64,000 nt of DNA from Hormiphora californensis (taxonomy: Eukaryota > Animalia > Ctenophora), in contig CM035355.1 in the NCBI GenBank assembly GCA_020137815.1, positions 2,728,001 to 2,792,000 of the forward strand, in the 5' to 3' direction. The notes under the pieces were generated by a model. It did no database searches. It was given only the letters and a program-made list of their open reading frames with translations, and was not told where the DNA came from. Made by a program: the position numbers and the translations under genes. This document shows, in pieces, positions 21,803 to 34,935 of this stretch; the first letter of the stretch is position 1, and every line of letters starts with the position of its first letter.

Positions 21803-24228
21803 CACTTCCCAGTTGACAGATTAATTTCAATTTGTCGGGGAAGTGATTAATAGAAGTTAAGAAGAATTGATCGGATGATGCAATAGTGAATAGAGACATT
21901 AAAGAAATGATAATTAATTGAAGATAATGTCAAGAAAATATTACTCTGAAAAGGGTGAAGATCTGTATGTTTATACTGTCTCACAACATCATACTTCCTC
22001 TCTCTCAGGGAACACTAGCAGAGCGGATAAGGGCAGGAGGAGCTGGAATCCCAGCCTTCTTCACCCCTACAGGATACGGAACTCTAATTCACAAGGGAGG
22101 GGCTCCTATCAAGTATCACAGTGACAAAACCGTTGCTATTGAGTCGAAACCCAGGGAGGTAAGAATCGGGGAGGGGGGAGTAGCAGGAGAGTTGGTGACA
22201 CAGTCACACTTACAACTCCTGCTCGTAGCGCGGCAAAACAAGGCCCAAGGGGGGGGGGGAGTAGCAGGATAGAGGAAATAACCCTAAATTTGATCATGAC
22301 GAGAATCCCTATTTTAATATGACGAGAATCATAAATATATAACCAGATAAGGTAGTGAGGGAACTTTAGTGAAGGAAATGTGTCATAATAATATTCGTGC
22401 CCCATATGTCACAGTTATATGAAATCCTCCCCCTCCTGATTTATCCCAATAATATATGTCCACTTCTAATACCACGGGGCCGGTATGTTCTCTTCCTGCT
22501 ACCATGTTGCCAAGACTAGGATGTTTGTTTTTGCAAACTATCAATTACCGCTGTGTGCTTGCACAGTGTGCTAACTTAGCAGCATAGGCAGGGCAGCATC
22601 ATGCTGTATCAAAACAGGGGATATCACTTTTATGATAGGGTAATGGGATATATAATATGAACATTTATATCATGTATCCCACATATAGGCTAAGATTCTT
22701 AGAATCCTAACCCCCTCGGCCGTCAGGAACGGAGTTTTGGTGGCAGAGACTATATTATGGAGGAAGCCATTTCCGGGGACTTCGCTCTTATCAAGGCTTA
22801 CAAGGCAGATGAGGCAGGGAACCTGATCTTCAGACAGAGTGCTAACAACTTCAATCAACCAATGGCTACTGCAGGACGGATCACTATAGCTGAGGTAAGA
22901 ACGCTACGAATATTAGTGTTTTGTGAGAGTAGTTGTCACCTATAGAGGGTGTGTTACTGTGTAAACTAACGAAGGTAAGGATGCTTCGACGTTTAGAGTA
23001 ACTTAGTTGTCACCAATGTAGAGGGCGTGTAAACTAATGAACTGTGTATATTGGAAAATGGTGTGCCGTAAACGGAGGTATACCACAACCTGTAACAAGC
23101 AGAGGTTGGTGCAAAACTGAAGCTGTAACGGTGTAACATTTAGAAGCAGAGAGAGAGAGAGATAGAGACTGAGAAAGAGAGAAAGGAGTAGAAAGTAAGA
23201 AAGTAAGAAAGTTACAGAAAGTAGTTATTACTGTGGGAACATGGACACCCACACTCTAATTATCACTGTCAAGTTCCTGCCAGGTTCCCAGTACAGTAGT
23301 CAGTAATTAAATAGAGAGTTAGCCATTGCTAATTTAATATCTAACATTGAACTGTTCGTACTGTATCCGCGAGAGAGAAAGTCTGAACAAGATATAAGAC
23401 TAATATTGCCTATCTCGACCCTCTCTTCACACGCTCTGCCCGCGATGTAAAAGAGGGTTAGAACAAGACAAGACTAATAGTGTTCAAGTTTCAATCAAAT
23501 AATAAATTGATACCCCTTATTATTGTGCAGGTAGAGGAGGTGGTACCACTGGGATCCATAGCACCTGAAGATGTCCATGTACCTTGTATATACGTGGACA
23601 GGGTACTAAAATGTACCGGACACCAGAAGAGAATAGAAGTAAGTTAAAATGGCAGAAAATTAAAGGTTGACAGAATTAGCATGTTGCATTCTTTCAGAAA
23701 CTGACAGTTCTAAAAGAGGAGACAGGCAACAAGGCTCTCTCTGATTCTCCAAGGGACAGGATTATTAAAAGGGCAGCCCTGGAATTCCAAGATGGAATGT
23801 TTGCTAACCTTGGTAACAGCAAATTGCAACGCGTTTCTCACTTAGTTTCTTAATTATCTCTCTAATTATTGCAATTAAAATTGAAACTCCCCTCCCTCCC
23901 TCCAGGTATTGGTATTCCTATGATGGCAGCCAATTACATATCTGGTATCACTGTCACTCTGCAGAGCGAAAACGGCATCTTAGGACTGGTATGTGCACGG
24001 AAATAACTTTGCACTCTTTTTATATCGCGACTCAATAGTCAATTGAACTGCAACACTGACAGTGACACAGCAGCTGTTTTGTGTGACAATGGTGGAGTGA
24101 CTTTGCGTAGCGCGCGGTACTTGAGCTGTTGTGTTGGGTGCGCAGGACGCACCTGCGCGCAGCTAAACATAGCAAGCAGGAAATATCCAATGCAGCCAGC
24201 CAACAACAACACTCCCTCTCTTTCTCTG

Positions 24229-24307
<79 letters not shown>

Positions 24308-25662
24308 CTCTCTTTATATCTCTCTCTCTCTCAGGGTCCCTTCCCCCGTGCTGGCACTGAGGACCCTGACCTGATCAACGCTGGAAAGCAGACAGTTACA
24401 ATTCTCCCCGGGGCAAGCTTGTTCTCCAGTGACAATTCATTCGCCATGATCCGAGGGTAAATTCTCGGAAGATTACAAGATAAAAACTCGTACTACGAGT
24501 CGTAGATATAGTTCATATCCATGTTTCACTTGGCAGAGTAATAGCCTGGCAGTTTTTCACTCTTAACACATAACAGTGCTGCTTGCAGTCAAAATACGGT
24601 ATCGCGAAATACAGTAATGAGACACACACACGTTGCATAACCACGCGTGGCAAAAAGTTTATGTGTCAGCACGTACTAGCGTACTGATTGGCCACGGTTG
24701 CGCGTTGTCTTACTGTATCTTCGTTTTCCATTACCGTTTTCCCACTACAAGCGACCGTGTAACATCCCTCTCCTTCAGAGGCCATGTTGATCTCACTATG
24801 CTGGGTGGTCTGCAAGTATCTGCTAATGGGGACCTGGCTAATTGGATGATTCCCGGGAAAATGGTGAAGGGAATGGGAGGTGCTATGGACCTTGTTGGAT
24901 CTGCAGGTGCGTGATACACAGCACAAATTCATTGATTTGATAGTGTGTTTCTATTTGCTCTCCTGCCTAATTGGGAGATCCCGGAAGCTCCCAATTAGAT
25001 GCCCCCTCCCTATGTAAGTTTTCTTGTTGAGTCTTATCCCCATTATTATCTCACTATCTCAGGTACCACGGTGGTTGTGACGATGGAACATACAGCCAGG
25101 GGATCCCACAAGATTCTACCCCAGTGTACCCTGCCCCTGACCGGTACCAAAGTTGTCGACAAGATCATCACCGAGAAGGTATACATTCCTAGATGGTCTA
25201 TGAATTCGGTACTTTTGTGTAATGGGTTGGTCTGGCTGATGGGTATGGAGTACTGGATCCCTAGTTCTGGAGTATTGACTACCTAGCAGTAGCTCGGAAT
25301 GTAGAAAACCAGAGTCAGCATAGATATAGTCTGAGCTAAACACCCCCATCTGTTTCAGTGTGTGTTTGAGGTAGTTGACGGTGTTGGTTTGGTGCTAACA
25401 GAACTTGCAGAGACGGAGACACTGGACACTGTCAAGGAGGCTACAGCAGCTTCATTTGAGGTAAAGTAAGGGGTCACCCCACTCAGTCAACAAGGAAAGT
25501 GGTAGATGGGTGGGAGTTAGGACTGGGAGAATTAAAGTTGTGTGGGAAGGGGGTTGATCCGTTTCGGTGTTTTTATTAGCTGGTGAACAAACTATACTTC
25601 ACCACATCTCTCTCTTTCAGGTCAGTGATAATGTTGTTCCCCTACGTCAAATCAAAGTATGA
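15215..25662 (+). CDS. OXCT1: Succinyl-CoA:3-oxoacid CoA transferase, mitochondrial; 13 exons: 15215-15362, 20254-20343, 20770-20906, 22009-22158, 22727-22894, 23531-23638, 23698-23812, 23906-23988, 24335-24456, 24779-24906, 25063-25178, 25359-25460, 25621-25662
   Basis: Arg/Ser-rich presequence, then [56 protein letters not shown], catalytic [15 protein letters not shown]. All introns are GT-AG with consistent phases. Confidence 0.97.
15370..18936 (-). CDS. TEX14-like inactive protein kinase nested antisense in OXCT1 intron 1; exons 18936-18841, 18730-18612, 18358-18187, 15978-15840, 15673-15554, 15480-15370 (further 5' exons likely up to ~19900)
   Basis: Spliced: [91 protein letters not shown] and DFG are replaced as in TEX14 (HRSLSSYAV, LTNLEY). 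One 1-nt frameshift near 18664. Confidence 0.72.
16317..16752. mobile_element. ~120-bp inverted-repeat pair (non-autonomous DNA element) within a larger transposon-derived block extending to ~18170
   Basis: 16317-16439 is the near-perfect reverse complement of 16629-16752. TATCGCGATTA-type repeats follow at 16850-17100. Confidence 0.65.
20910..21569. mobile_element. AAGTCGG-TIR MITE inserted in the OXCT1 intron 3 donor, itself interrupted by a Helentron-like element
   Basis: TA at 20908-09 and 21570-71. The left TIR is split in its T-run and resumes at 21481 (TTTGAAGTTGTCACCCC). Confidence 0.75.
20921..21480 (+). mobile_element. Helentron-associated (DINE-1/HINE-like) non-autonomous element
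   Basis: Sub-terminal IRs TTTCCCTGCCC / GGGCAGGGAAA, (GTCC)n at ~21043, 3' hairpin GCATTATG-GGTA-CATAATGC, inserted in a T-run without TSD. Confidence 0.7.
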
Positions 25663-26525
25663 ACGGATCCAGAGAACACTGTGATACACTGTGATGAGGA
25701 GGAAAGTGACTTTTGAGACTCAGAAAATAAACAGGGATGAGGGAGATCCCGCGGGAAGTGTCTCCTGCAGCTATAACTCTAAGACAGTCGCATGATGCTG
25801 ATTTTTGGTAAAATATTGTCCAATGTTTATTTTCAATGGATATCCATGGATACAAAAACGAATATTTTGGAAAGGGCGTGTATATCAGCTGTGTGTTTAT
25901 TTTTTGAATGGATGTGTAAACTGTAAATGATTTCCAAATATTTTAACACCCTGTAAATATCGATCATTTATCACTTGGTACATCAGAATTTCCTGGTCGA
26001 GGACGTCCTTTTCTCGCGTTTTTTGGGATCCTGCAAGTCGCATGATCCCTAAAACGTGGTCCGCGAAATAGAAATAGACCAAGAGGGCTCATTCGATAGT
26101 TATGCTTCCTGCCGATCAAGGCGTCCCCGACTAGGAAATTCTTTTGGTAAGTAAAGTAGTCGAAGCTAAGGTTCAGGGCACTCAAAGGTGGCCGGAAAAA
26201 TGTTTGGTTATATATGTACAAAATTCACAAAACATACGGTTATACATTTTCTAAAAACAGTATGCACATTTGTACACTTGCACGTAACAAACAAACTCAC
26301 AAACACACACTCGCTCAGGAAGGAGTTCGGTGCCTGCATAATTCACACTCACACAGACGCACAAAAACACGCACTGTTAGAAACTCTTTCTCACGCGTGC
26401 CGATAGTCTCCACATTCTAACACAATTCACAAATAAAGATCGGTATAATAACAGTCCGCATTATTCTCTGTCGCCGGAGCATCATATATTTTGGTTTAGG
26501 AAGGCAGGATATCAGTGTGGTGTGC

Positions 26526-29500
26526 TTATTTGGCGGACATGAGACGTTTAAACTCGTCCTTATTCACTCGACCATCCCCGTCCTTGTCCACCTGACCAAT
26601 CAATTCTCGTACCTCCTGAACAGGGGGTGTTATATTGTTATCAACTAAACTAACAGAGTGTTTTGGGGATGAAATGCATCACCTTCTCCTGCCCCATGAT
26701 GTATGGTGCACCCCCGTGTTTAGTTCTCCACTCAACGACTCAACATGACTTACCTCGATGGTCATCTTCTCGCCAAGTTTCTCAGTCAACTTGATAATCT
26801 CTTCTTCATCGATGTACCCTGTAATGAGTTATTATATGTGAAATGTCTTGGATTTAGAAAGTCTGAGCGCCGCCAAACTGCTGTCAGAGCATTGGCCTGA
26901 CCCTATTTTCATAGAGAACTGTGGACAGAGCATTGGCCTGACAGCCAAACTGCCGAATACAGAAGAACACGTGTTAAACATTTTACCGTACCTGACTCGT
27001 CTACATCGAGAGAGTCGAATAGCTCCTCTAGCTTCCTATTCTGAGCCACATCAGCACCGTTCCCTGTTTTAGACTGGCAGGGATAGAGAACTGTGTTATA
27101 ATCAGGGGGTATATATCTCTCCCAGAACAACATGTTGCTGCTGTAACAGATGCTGTCTGGCGCCACCGACCCCATCAAATTAGGGTCTGGCGCCGCCAGA
27201 CAGAACAGATGTATATAATGCGGTAAAAGGGCTTTGGTATATTATTATTAATAGCTGCGGGCTTTGTTTGTAATTTCAGTGGTCCCTGTCCAAATATCAG
27301 CTTTTTACTTATATTAGGGCACCCTTTAGTGAGAATTGAATGGTTGTTAGATGAAAAATGTATACTCAAAGACCCTTTTTAGTACATGGACACCAATCAA
27401 AGACTCTCAAAGGCCCTACGAAATTTAATGGTCTCAAAATGAACAATTAAGCACCCCATTTTTTAAAGCAACAAAGCAATATATTGTCCCCTGTGTGTTG
27501 CTCTGATTTTGATTTAACGGTTAGAGATGCTCTGTTTTCTAATAACCTGTTTCCCGGCCTTCTCTGCCTCTGCCGGGTTGCGTGCACCCTGGATACATGG
27601 TATGTGGGTCAGTTTGGGTTAGTTTGGGTCAGTTTGCAGTTTGGTCTCTCTGCCAGAGACTCTGGCGCCGCCGACCCCATCTGAGCGCACTTTGAAAATC
27701 AAATTGGGGTCTGGCGCCGCCGGACAGGGTTTGGTTTGCATTATATATCTGGGACTGTAAACAGTCACACAGCCTATGTGTGGTCAGTATGGTGTCAGTA
27801 AAATATCGCATGTGTATTAGCTGTCGGTCAGTCACACAAATATTATGTTACAAAACACCACTACAATTAAATCGATTGATCAACAAGATCTGGGAAACAG
27901 CTGATGAAGATCACAAGAAGGGCACAACATTTAAATACAGGGATACATTAACAGCTGGATTATAGCTACTTGATAATATCTTTGCTTATAAAGGGATTGC
28001 TGGTAAAGCGCTCGACAGGATCAAGATTCTGGAGCTGATTACAAAGTAATACAAGTTTTTAATTTTTTACTAATAGTTTCATGCTTTCGCAATCGTCAGA
28101 AAAAAGAAAACTTGCAAATTTTAAAACGTTCAACTTCCTCTTCGACTCCTTCATCAAACCGTTTGTTGAAGTGATGCCAGGTGTCCTCTCCGGTGGGGAC
28201 ATTTGTTAAGAAGCTCCCATTTCTTGTTAATTAGTCCTTTCTTCGTTAATATTGCGAACTTTTCGGCCAGGCATAGAGAGCAGGTGATGTTGCCTGGGCG
28301 GTATGGTGGAGCTTTGGCGATGATCTGCCATGTTATGTCATACGTTATCTGTCTGTCATGGAGGCTCCAAACTAGTTTGGAGAGTTCTGTCGCTGTCCTG
28401 TGTTTGTCGTGTCTTATTGTCGCCATGTGGCCATTGAACCTGGTTTTGAATGACCCACCCGTCATTCCCACATATTTCTGTTCTACCCCGTTGCTGTGTT
28501 TGATTAGTGCTTCGTAGACTACACCGGATTTCAGGCATGTGTTTCCCACAGGACAGTTTTCTGGAATTCTGCAGTTACACTGGCGTTCACTCTGTTTTTC
28601 CTCATCCTCCGCTTTCTTGAGTATCGCTTTGTTGTGAGACTCCACTATCCCGTCCATGTTTATTGTTTATCATACATGAGTACGAAAGTTTTATTGTTTT
28701 CTTGTTAAACAATGCGTGGAATGAATGTTGTGGTGGGAAGTGCAGTCTGACCAATTCAAAGAATCGTTCTCCGATGTTAGTGGCGACGTTCTTGCTGAAG
28801 GGTGGATTATACCAGATGATTTTTCTTTGCCTTTTCCTGTTTTTGGGTTTTCCAGTTCTTCCTCTTTGTTCGTACATTAACTCCTTGCTGTATCCTGCTG
28901 TTTTCAAGGCTGCCTGGTATTCCTCTTTGGCTCCTTCGAATTCCTCCTCGGTACTGGATATGCAGCTAAGGCGTTTTTGTATCGATGCTGGAATGTTTTT
29001 TAGTATCGATGATGGGTGGTTGGAAGCACGTTTCACGTAGGCGATGTTGCTGTTGGGTTTTTTGTACGGTTTGTAGCTTCCGTTTATCGCTGATAGTGTT
29101 ACATCCAGTATGTTGACTATCTTTCCTGTTTGTTCCACTGTTATCTTTAATTGATTGTTTTTGAAGATCTTGTGGAGCGCTTTTGTTATTTTGGTTATCT
29201 CAGGACCGTTGCTGTTTTCTACGTAGATTAGGCCGTCGTCGCGGTACAGTCCACAGTTGCTTCCCTTGTGATTCATTTCCAGGTACTGTTGCACCTGCCC
29301 TAGTAGGAAGAGTCCTGTTAGATCCGCTGCTTCTGCCCCGTCCAACGCTCCCATGGTGATGTCGAAATCGCTGTTCTTTTTCCTCCAAACTTTTCCATTG
29401 CTGAATAGCACGCTTTTCCTGCATGATTTGATGGTCTCAGTCTGTTCCGCACTGATATCGGTGTACCTTTTAGCGAAATCGAGTGATCTATCCATTAGTT

Positions 29501-32500
29501 GCTCTGATATTGATGGATAGAATTCGCAGATGTCAAACTGGATCAGTGATGCTTTTTTGGGTGTTGGGTTGTTGCGATGTTTGGAGGAGAACCAGTTGAT
29601 CATTTCCTGGGTACTTATCCATTGTGCTAGGTCGGTTTTTTGTTTGCACTCCTTTATTATTCCTTCTGTGATCCTCTTGCTCACTCTTCCTACTTGGTTG
29701 GATGCTGGGTTGATGAGGCGACATTTTGGGTTGTTTTGAAAATTTTCCTTGTGATCCTTTATTGTCAGAAATGCCTCCGCTTCACTGTGTTTTTCCATTC
29801 GGTCCTCTAGTTTTAGTGAATTTGCGTGTTTTCGGATGTTGGCGTTTATTGTGGCCAGGTTGTTAGTTCTGTCTGTCGTGTAGTCTTTTGTAATGTTATT
29901 TTGTAATAATTGTTTGTAGTCTGTCAAGCTCACACCATACCTGTTGTTGGTCTTGTCCGCGTTGATGATGATGTCTTTCCTCTCTTTTATCCTCTTGGCT
30001 TCTTTTCCCATCTCAAGAAGTTTTGGATCTTGTATCTTCCTGAACTCGACATTTCCGATGAGGTGGTAGATGTCTCTTTCGAAGGGTTTTAGAAGTTCAT
30101 GGGTGGGTGGAGTTTTTGTTGATTTGAAATCACTTCTGAGGATTTTTAGTTGAGGGTCGTCGTCTCCTCCGTCATCAAATTCCTGCTGATCTTCTTTCCT
30201 CTCGAACCAGAAAACTTTCCAACGAATATTCTTCAAGAATTTTTCTGTCTGTAGGATTAGCTTTTTGATGTACAGGGTGTCCCACTGTCTTTGCATCACC
30301 TGCGATTTTGGGTCATGACCGGGCTCCATTAAATTAATCAAAACTCATCGAAAAATAGGTCAAAATGGTTCTAACAAAAACCAGTGTTCTAGAGAATTGT
30401 CAGGCGAACATTTTGGTTGCAAGATTGACGTTCCAAGTTTTACCAATCGTCAGATATATCGTCTTAAAGTCAAAAATACGTGTTCATGAAATCCGACCGG
30501 GGTTCACGTTTTGAAAAATTCACAAATGCAAAGTTGCTCGGATCACATTGCATCCCTCATAAGAGTTGTAGGAAATTGTCTGGCGGTCATTTTGGTACAC
30601 GGGTTTTTGTCCTAGCTCAATGTTTAAGGTGTCTTATGACTGTCTAAAGACGAAATTCAACCAAAATTTTTGAGGGGATCACGTGTCGTCAACAAATGGG
30701 TAAAATGATTTGCAATTTATAAGAGCTTGATTGGAATCGTCTAAGGTTCATTTTGATACCATGATTTTTTCCTTAGCTCTACGTTTTAGTTGTGTTATGA
30801 CTGTAGGAATATGAAGATTTTTCTATGCTGAGTCTAAGATGGTATCGGCTCACAACCCCTAATTAGGTGGCTCGGTGTCGTGTGTAATCCTATGATAATT
30901 AGCACACATCGTCTCAATTTCATCTAGACACGTGACAGGGTTGTTATGACGATTTGTCAAGGCCCCTGTTAATGTGTAGGACACGCAAGTGGTCTATCCC
31001 AACCCTATCATGCACTGAGATGTTATTCAAGCAACAATGAGCTTCATAACTAGGCAAAAAGAAATGCGATACCTGAGACAAATTTTGGAAAAATTACAGT
31101 TCTGACAGTCATAAGACACCTTAAACATTGAGCTAGGACAAAAACCCGAGTACCAAAATGACCGCCAGACAATTTCCTACAACTCTTATGAGGGATGCAA
31201 TGTGATCCGAGCAACTTTGCATTTGTGAATTTTTCAAAACGTGAACCCCGGTCGGATTTCATGAACACGTATTTTTGACTTTAAGACGGTATATCTGACG
31301 ATTGGTAAAACTTGGAACGTCAATCTTGCAACCAAAATGTTCGCCTGACAATTCTCTAGAACACTGGTTTTTGTTAGAACCATTTTGACCTATTTTTCGA
31401 TGAGTTTTGATTAATTTAATGGAGCCCGGTCATGACCCAAAATCGCAGGTGATGCAAAGACAGTGGGACACCCTGTATTGGGATTTTGACGGGAGAGGGA
31501 TGTCCTTGCTTCTTAACAAATGTCCCCACCGGAGAGGACACCTGGCATCACTTCAACAAACGGTTTGATGAAGGAGTCGAAGAGGAAGTTGAACGTTTTA
31601 AAATTTGCAAGTTTTCTTTTTTCTGACGATTGCGAAAGCATGAAACTATTAGTAAAAAATTAAAAACTTGTATTACTTTGTACTTGATAATATCATCATT
31701 TAGATGATACAGTCGGACCCCGATTTAGTGGCCCCCGATTTAGTGGCACCCCGATTTAGTGGCACGATTTTTTTCCCCCAAAAATTTTTTTGAATTTTTT
31801 TTTGAGAATTTTTTTTGAAAAATTTTCAAAGGAATACTAGCCACGTCCGAATCGTGTTTCGAATCAGTGAATCTAATCGCATGTCCTGCTGCTAATTAGA
31901 CGGTTTAGAACGAACCGAAACGTGATCCCCATGGGGCCATTGAATTTAATCACAAGTTCACCAAGCGTCAAAATTTCGATTCGATGGGGATCACGTATCG
32001 GTTCGTTCCGAACCGTCTAATTAGCAGCAGGACATGCGATAAGATGCACCGATTCGAAACACGATTCGGACGTGGCTGGTATACCTCTAAAAAAATTTAA
32101 AACTTTTTTTGCAAAATTTTACAGTACGATTGTCAATGCTTTGATCGGTGCTCCCCATAAATTTTGAGAGAAAAAGTTATTTTGAAATTTTGATACTTCC
32201 TCACCCTGCTTAGGGTGCCCCGATTCGGCATGGTATCACGTATCGGTTCGTTTCGAACCCGCTAATTAGACAGGAAATCCAGTAAGCTGCACCGATTCGA
32301 AACATAAATCGGACGGGCTGGTATAACTTAGAAAATTTTTCACAATTTTTTTGAAAAAATTATTTTATATTTTTATATTTCTAATCAGAAATGATCATGT
32401 CATCAATACATGAATATTGCATACAACTTTTATAGTTTTAGTATAGCATTTTGGGCATAAAATGAGTTTTTATGGGCCAAACATGGATCTCCCCGATTTA

Positions 32501-33408
32501 GTGGCACCCCGATTTAGTGGCAGGATTTTTTCCCCCCGAGGATGCCACTAAATCGGGGTCCGACTGTATATATTTCTCTGTACCCGACCCTTCTTTGTTT
32601 TCACTCAGAATTAAGGAAGGATCGTGAACACAAAGGGGGCAGGTGACTGCCCTAGCTACTGAGGAGGGAGGGAGAAACTATCAATACGAACCTCAGGATG
32701 AGAGAGATGGTATTGGAATACATTTGCCATCATGTCCAAGAACTCCTTAAACTCCATCCGTTTTGTCCTGTTCTTGTCGTACTGCAGGAGGGAGGAGTGG
32801 GGGTTACTTAGGTAACCATGGTAACACACAATCAGGAGGGGGGAGTGGGGGTTAATTAGGTAACCATGGTAACACACAATCAGGAGGGAGGAGTGGGGGT
32901 TACTTAGGTAACCATGGTAACACACAATCAGGAGGGAGGAGTGGGGGTTACTTCTAAGGTAACCATGGTAATCTGTCTGGCGCCGCGACCCCATCTGAAC
33001 GCACTGAAGAATCAAATTGGGGTATGGCGCCGCCATACAGCACACAATCAGAAGGGAAAGTTGGGGTAAGAACGAGACGACCAATCTTTATCCTAAACCT
33101 CTACCTCTAAGGTCTACCTCAGTGTCCATACAACCAGACTATCTCGCGAAACCTAGTAGCAGTACCAAAGTCCAAACCCTATTATACTAGCCTATAACCA
33201 CCAAACCCTAGCCTATAACCACCAAACCCTATAACCTGCTCAATACCGTTTTGATCATTCTCTTGCAGGTCTTTGTATCAGTATCTTGTCCCAGTTGTTT
33301 GAGGGCTCCCTTTAGTTCCTTCGCACTGATATCCCCATCCCCATTTTTATCAAACTGCTCAAAGATAGCCTTGAACTTCTCCACTTGGTCGGGTGAGAAC
33401 ACATCCAT
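26526..33408 (-). CDS. Calmodulin-like four-EF-hand protein, 162 aa; exons 33408-33247, 32781-32692, 27073-26992, 26818-26754, 26615-26526
   Basis: EF loops DKNGDGDISAKE, DKNRTKRMEFKE, DVDESGYIDEEE, DKDGDGRVNKDE. GT-AG introns with consistent phases. Confidence 0.9.
28052..28114 (-). ncRNA. Minimal type I hammerhead ribozyme in the Penelope 3' pLTR
   Basis: CUGACGA-u-UGC-gaaa-GCA-u-GAAA-CU-auu-AG-UA with U-rich/A-rich stem I (CAAGUUUU..UUUUU pairs AAAAA..AAAACUUG). Confidence 0.8.
28154..31507 (-). pseudogene. Penelope RT + GIY-YIG endonuclease ORF, broken by a DNA-element insertion and a 7-bp duplication
   Basis: ADKT, CRLINP, FDICEFYPSI, MGALDG, LYRDDG, SNHP, CNC..C...GVVY..YVGMT..RFNGH, CSLC..EK. 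Removing 30273-31475 restores KDIPLPSKSQ-YIKKLI. Removing one TGTTTAT (28657-28670) fuses the two ORFs. Confidence 0.92.
30273..31475. mobile_element. Non-autonomous Tc1/mariner-type element with 372-bp TIRs
   Basis: TA|CAGGGTGTCCCAC...GTGGGACACCCTG|TA. TIRs 30273-30644 and 31104-31475 are nearly identical. No transposase ORF. Confidence 0.92.
31608..31670 (+). ncRNA. Second, identical hammerhead ribozyme in the inverted pLTR; predicted cleavage after GUA at 31654
   Basis: CTGACGA at 31623, GAAA at 31642, GTA at 31652-31654. Confidence 0.8.
31710..32566. mobile_element. pogo/Tigger-like MITE
   Basis: TA|CAGTCGGACCCCGATTTAGTGG...CCACTAAATCGGGGTCCGACTG|TA, with reiterated CCCCGATTTAGTGG sub-terminal motifs and an internal ~100-bp inverted repeat. 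Confidence 0.9.
32785..32971. repeat. 48-bp minisatellite x4 containing GGTAACCATGGTAAC
   Basis: Core at 32811, 32859, 32907 and (degenerate) 32958. Confidence 0.92.
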
Positions 33409-34738
33409 GACTGCTGGTGTGTGTGTGTTGGTGAACTATCAAACAACTGTCAAAGCAGAGTTTGTTACTACTGGATTCGCCTGACACTGTGTCTGGGCAT
33501 AAAAAGAAAGTATGAACAATCCGAGTTACTACTGGAGACTGGAGAGTTTGCAAGAAAAATGTCAAAATATCGACTGTAGTACGAAAAGGATCAGTGGTTG
33601 TCGGTTGAGTCGCCTGACACTGTGTATGGACAAGTTGTCGGGGTGAACAAATGTGAAAGCTAAACAAGTTTTCTGGAGATAAACCATATTTTTGAGAAAG
33701 AGCAGGAAACCATGACACCCAGAATTTACAAGAAAGGTGTCCGTTTTAAAAAAACTATCTAAACGTTAGGAAACTGGGATGTGGATAATAATAATACATT
33801 AATAGCCTAGTGCCACGCGACGTACGTATTGCTACATTTTCTTTCCCCTTTCGTCTCCTCCGCCTCGTGTTTTTACACATTCACACTTGTACATCTCTCT
33901 TTCTCTCTCTTTTTCTCTCTTCTCTCCCTCTCTCTCGTCTCATTTTCCTGCTTAAATCCCATTCAACAAGCAGTTAGCACTCTGACGGGAAGGTACCATG
34001 TATAACAGATTAATACAAGCACATGTACAACTGGCCATATAATAATTATCATCAACTGCAAAGGCAAGAGGAACATAGAGAGAGGGGGAGGTAGTGAGAG
34101 AGGGAGGTAGTGAGAGAGGGAGAGTGAGAGGGAGGCAGTGAGAGAGGGCGGTAGTGAGAGTGGCTGTGAAATCAGAAATAGACTGGCAATATAATAAGTC
34201 ATGTGCTTTGAACCGGTATCTGTGTAGTTTATGAGATAGCCCACTGTGCAGCACTGTGTGTTTTAGTTTCAAAGAGCTGTAAACTCCTTGCAAAACTATG
34301 GATGCGGAGAAGAAACGGAAAAAAATAAAGAGGCCGGTCTTGCAATATAAACGGTGGAAATGTGGACTCTGAGTGGCCTGCAGTAACTCATAGAAGACAA
34401 TGATAAAAAGTGAAATGTTGGAGGAGATTGTAACTAGGCTGCTACCATTCATCATGTATTACTACGAGAGAGAGAAGGGGGATATTATCATAGAATCGGG
34501 GGAGCGATTTCCAGTCAGTATAAAACAGACCGAGATGAATTGGGTTTAGCAACACTCATATCATTATCACTACCATTATAATATTACTGATTATCCCATG
34601 ATACTGGATAAATATTACGAAGGTAGAGGGAGGAAAGGGGTGGAGTAGATCGAAGTATATTACTATCAGACGGGGGGGGGGGGGGTACTATCAGACAGAT
34701 CAAAACAAGAGTTACTTCAATGAGATTGGATGCCTTAC

Positions 34739-34935
<197 letters not shown>

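Larger units (their letters stand above)
27981..31680 (-). mobile_element. Penelope-like retroelement, 5'-truncated, with inverted pseudo-LTR and 14-bp TSD
   Basis: TACTTGATAATATC at 27967-27980 and 31681-31694. 31508-31682 is the reverse complement of 28040-28214. Encodes RT + GIY-YIG. Confidence 0.93.

Noticed and set aside
25964-26221. Tc1/mariner-like PPLSALNLSFDYF peptide
   Set aside because: A single degenerate motif without supporting DDE/D sequence or correctly oriented TIRs.
30273-30341. N-terminus MINLMEPGHDPK.. of the 579-aa RT ORF
   Set aside because: It derives from the TIR of the inserted DNA element. The true Penelope frame resumes at 31478-31507.
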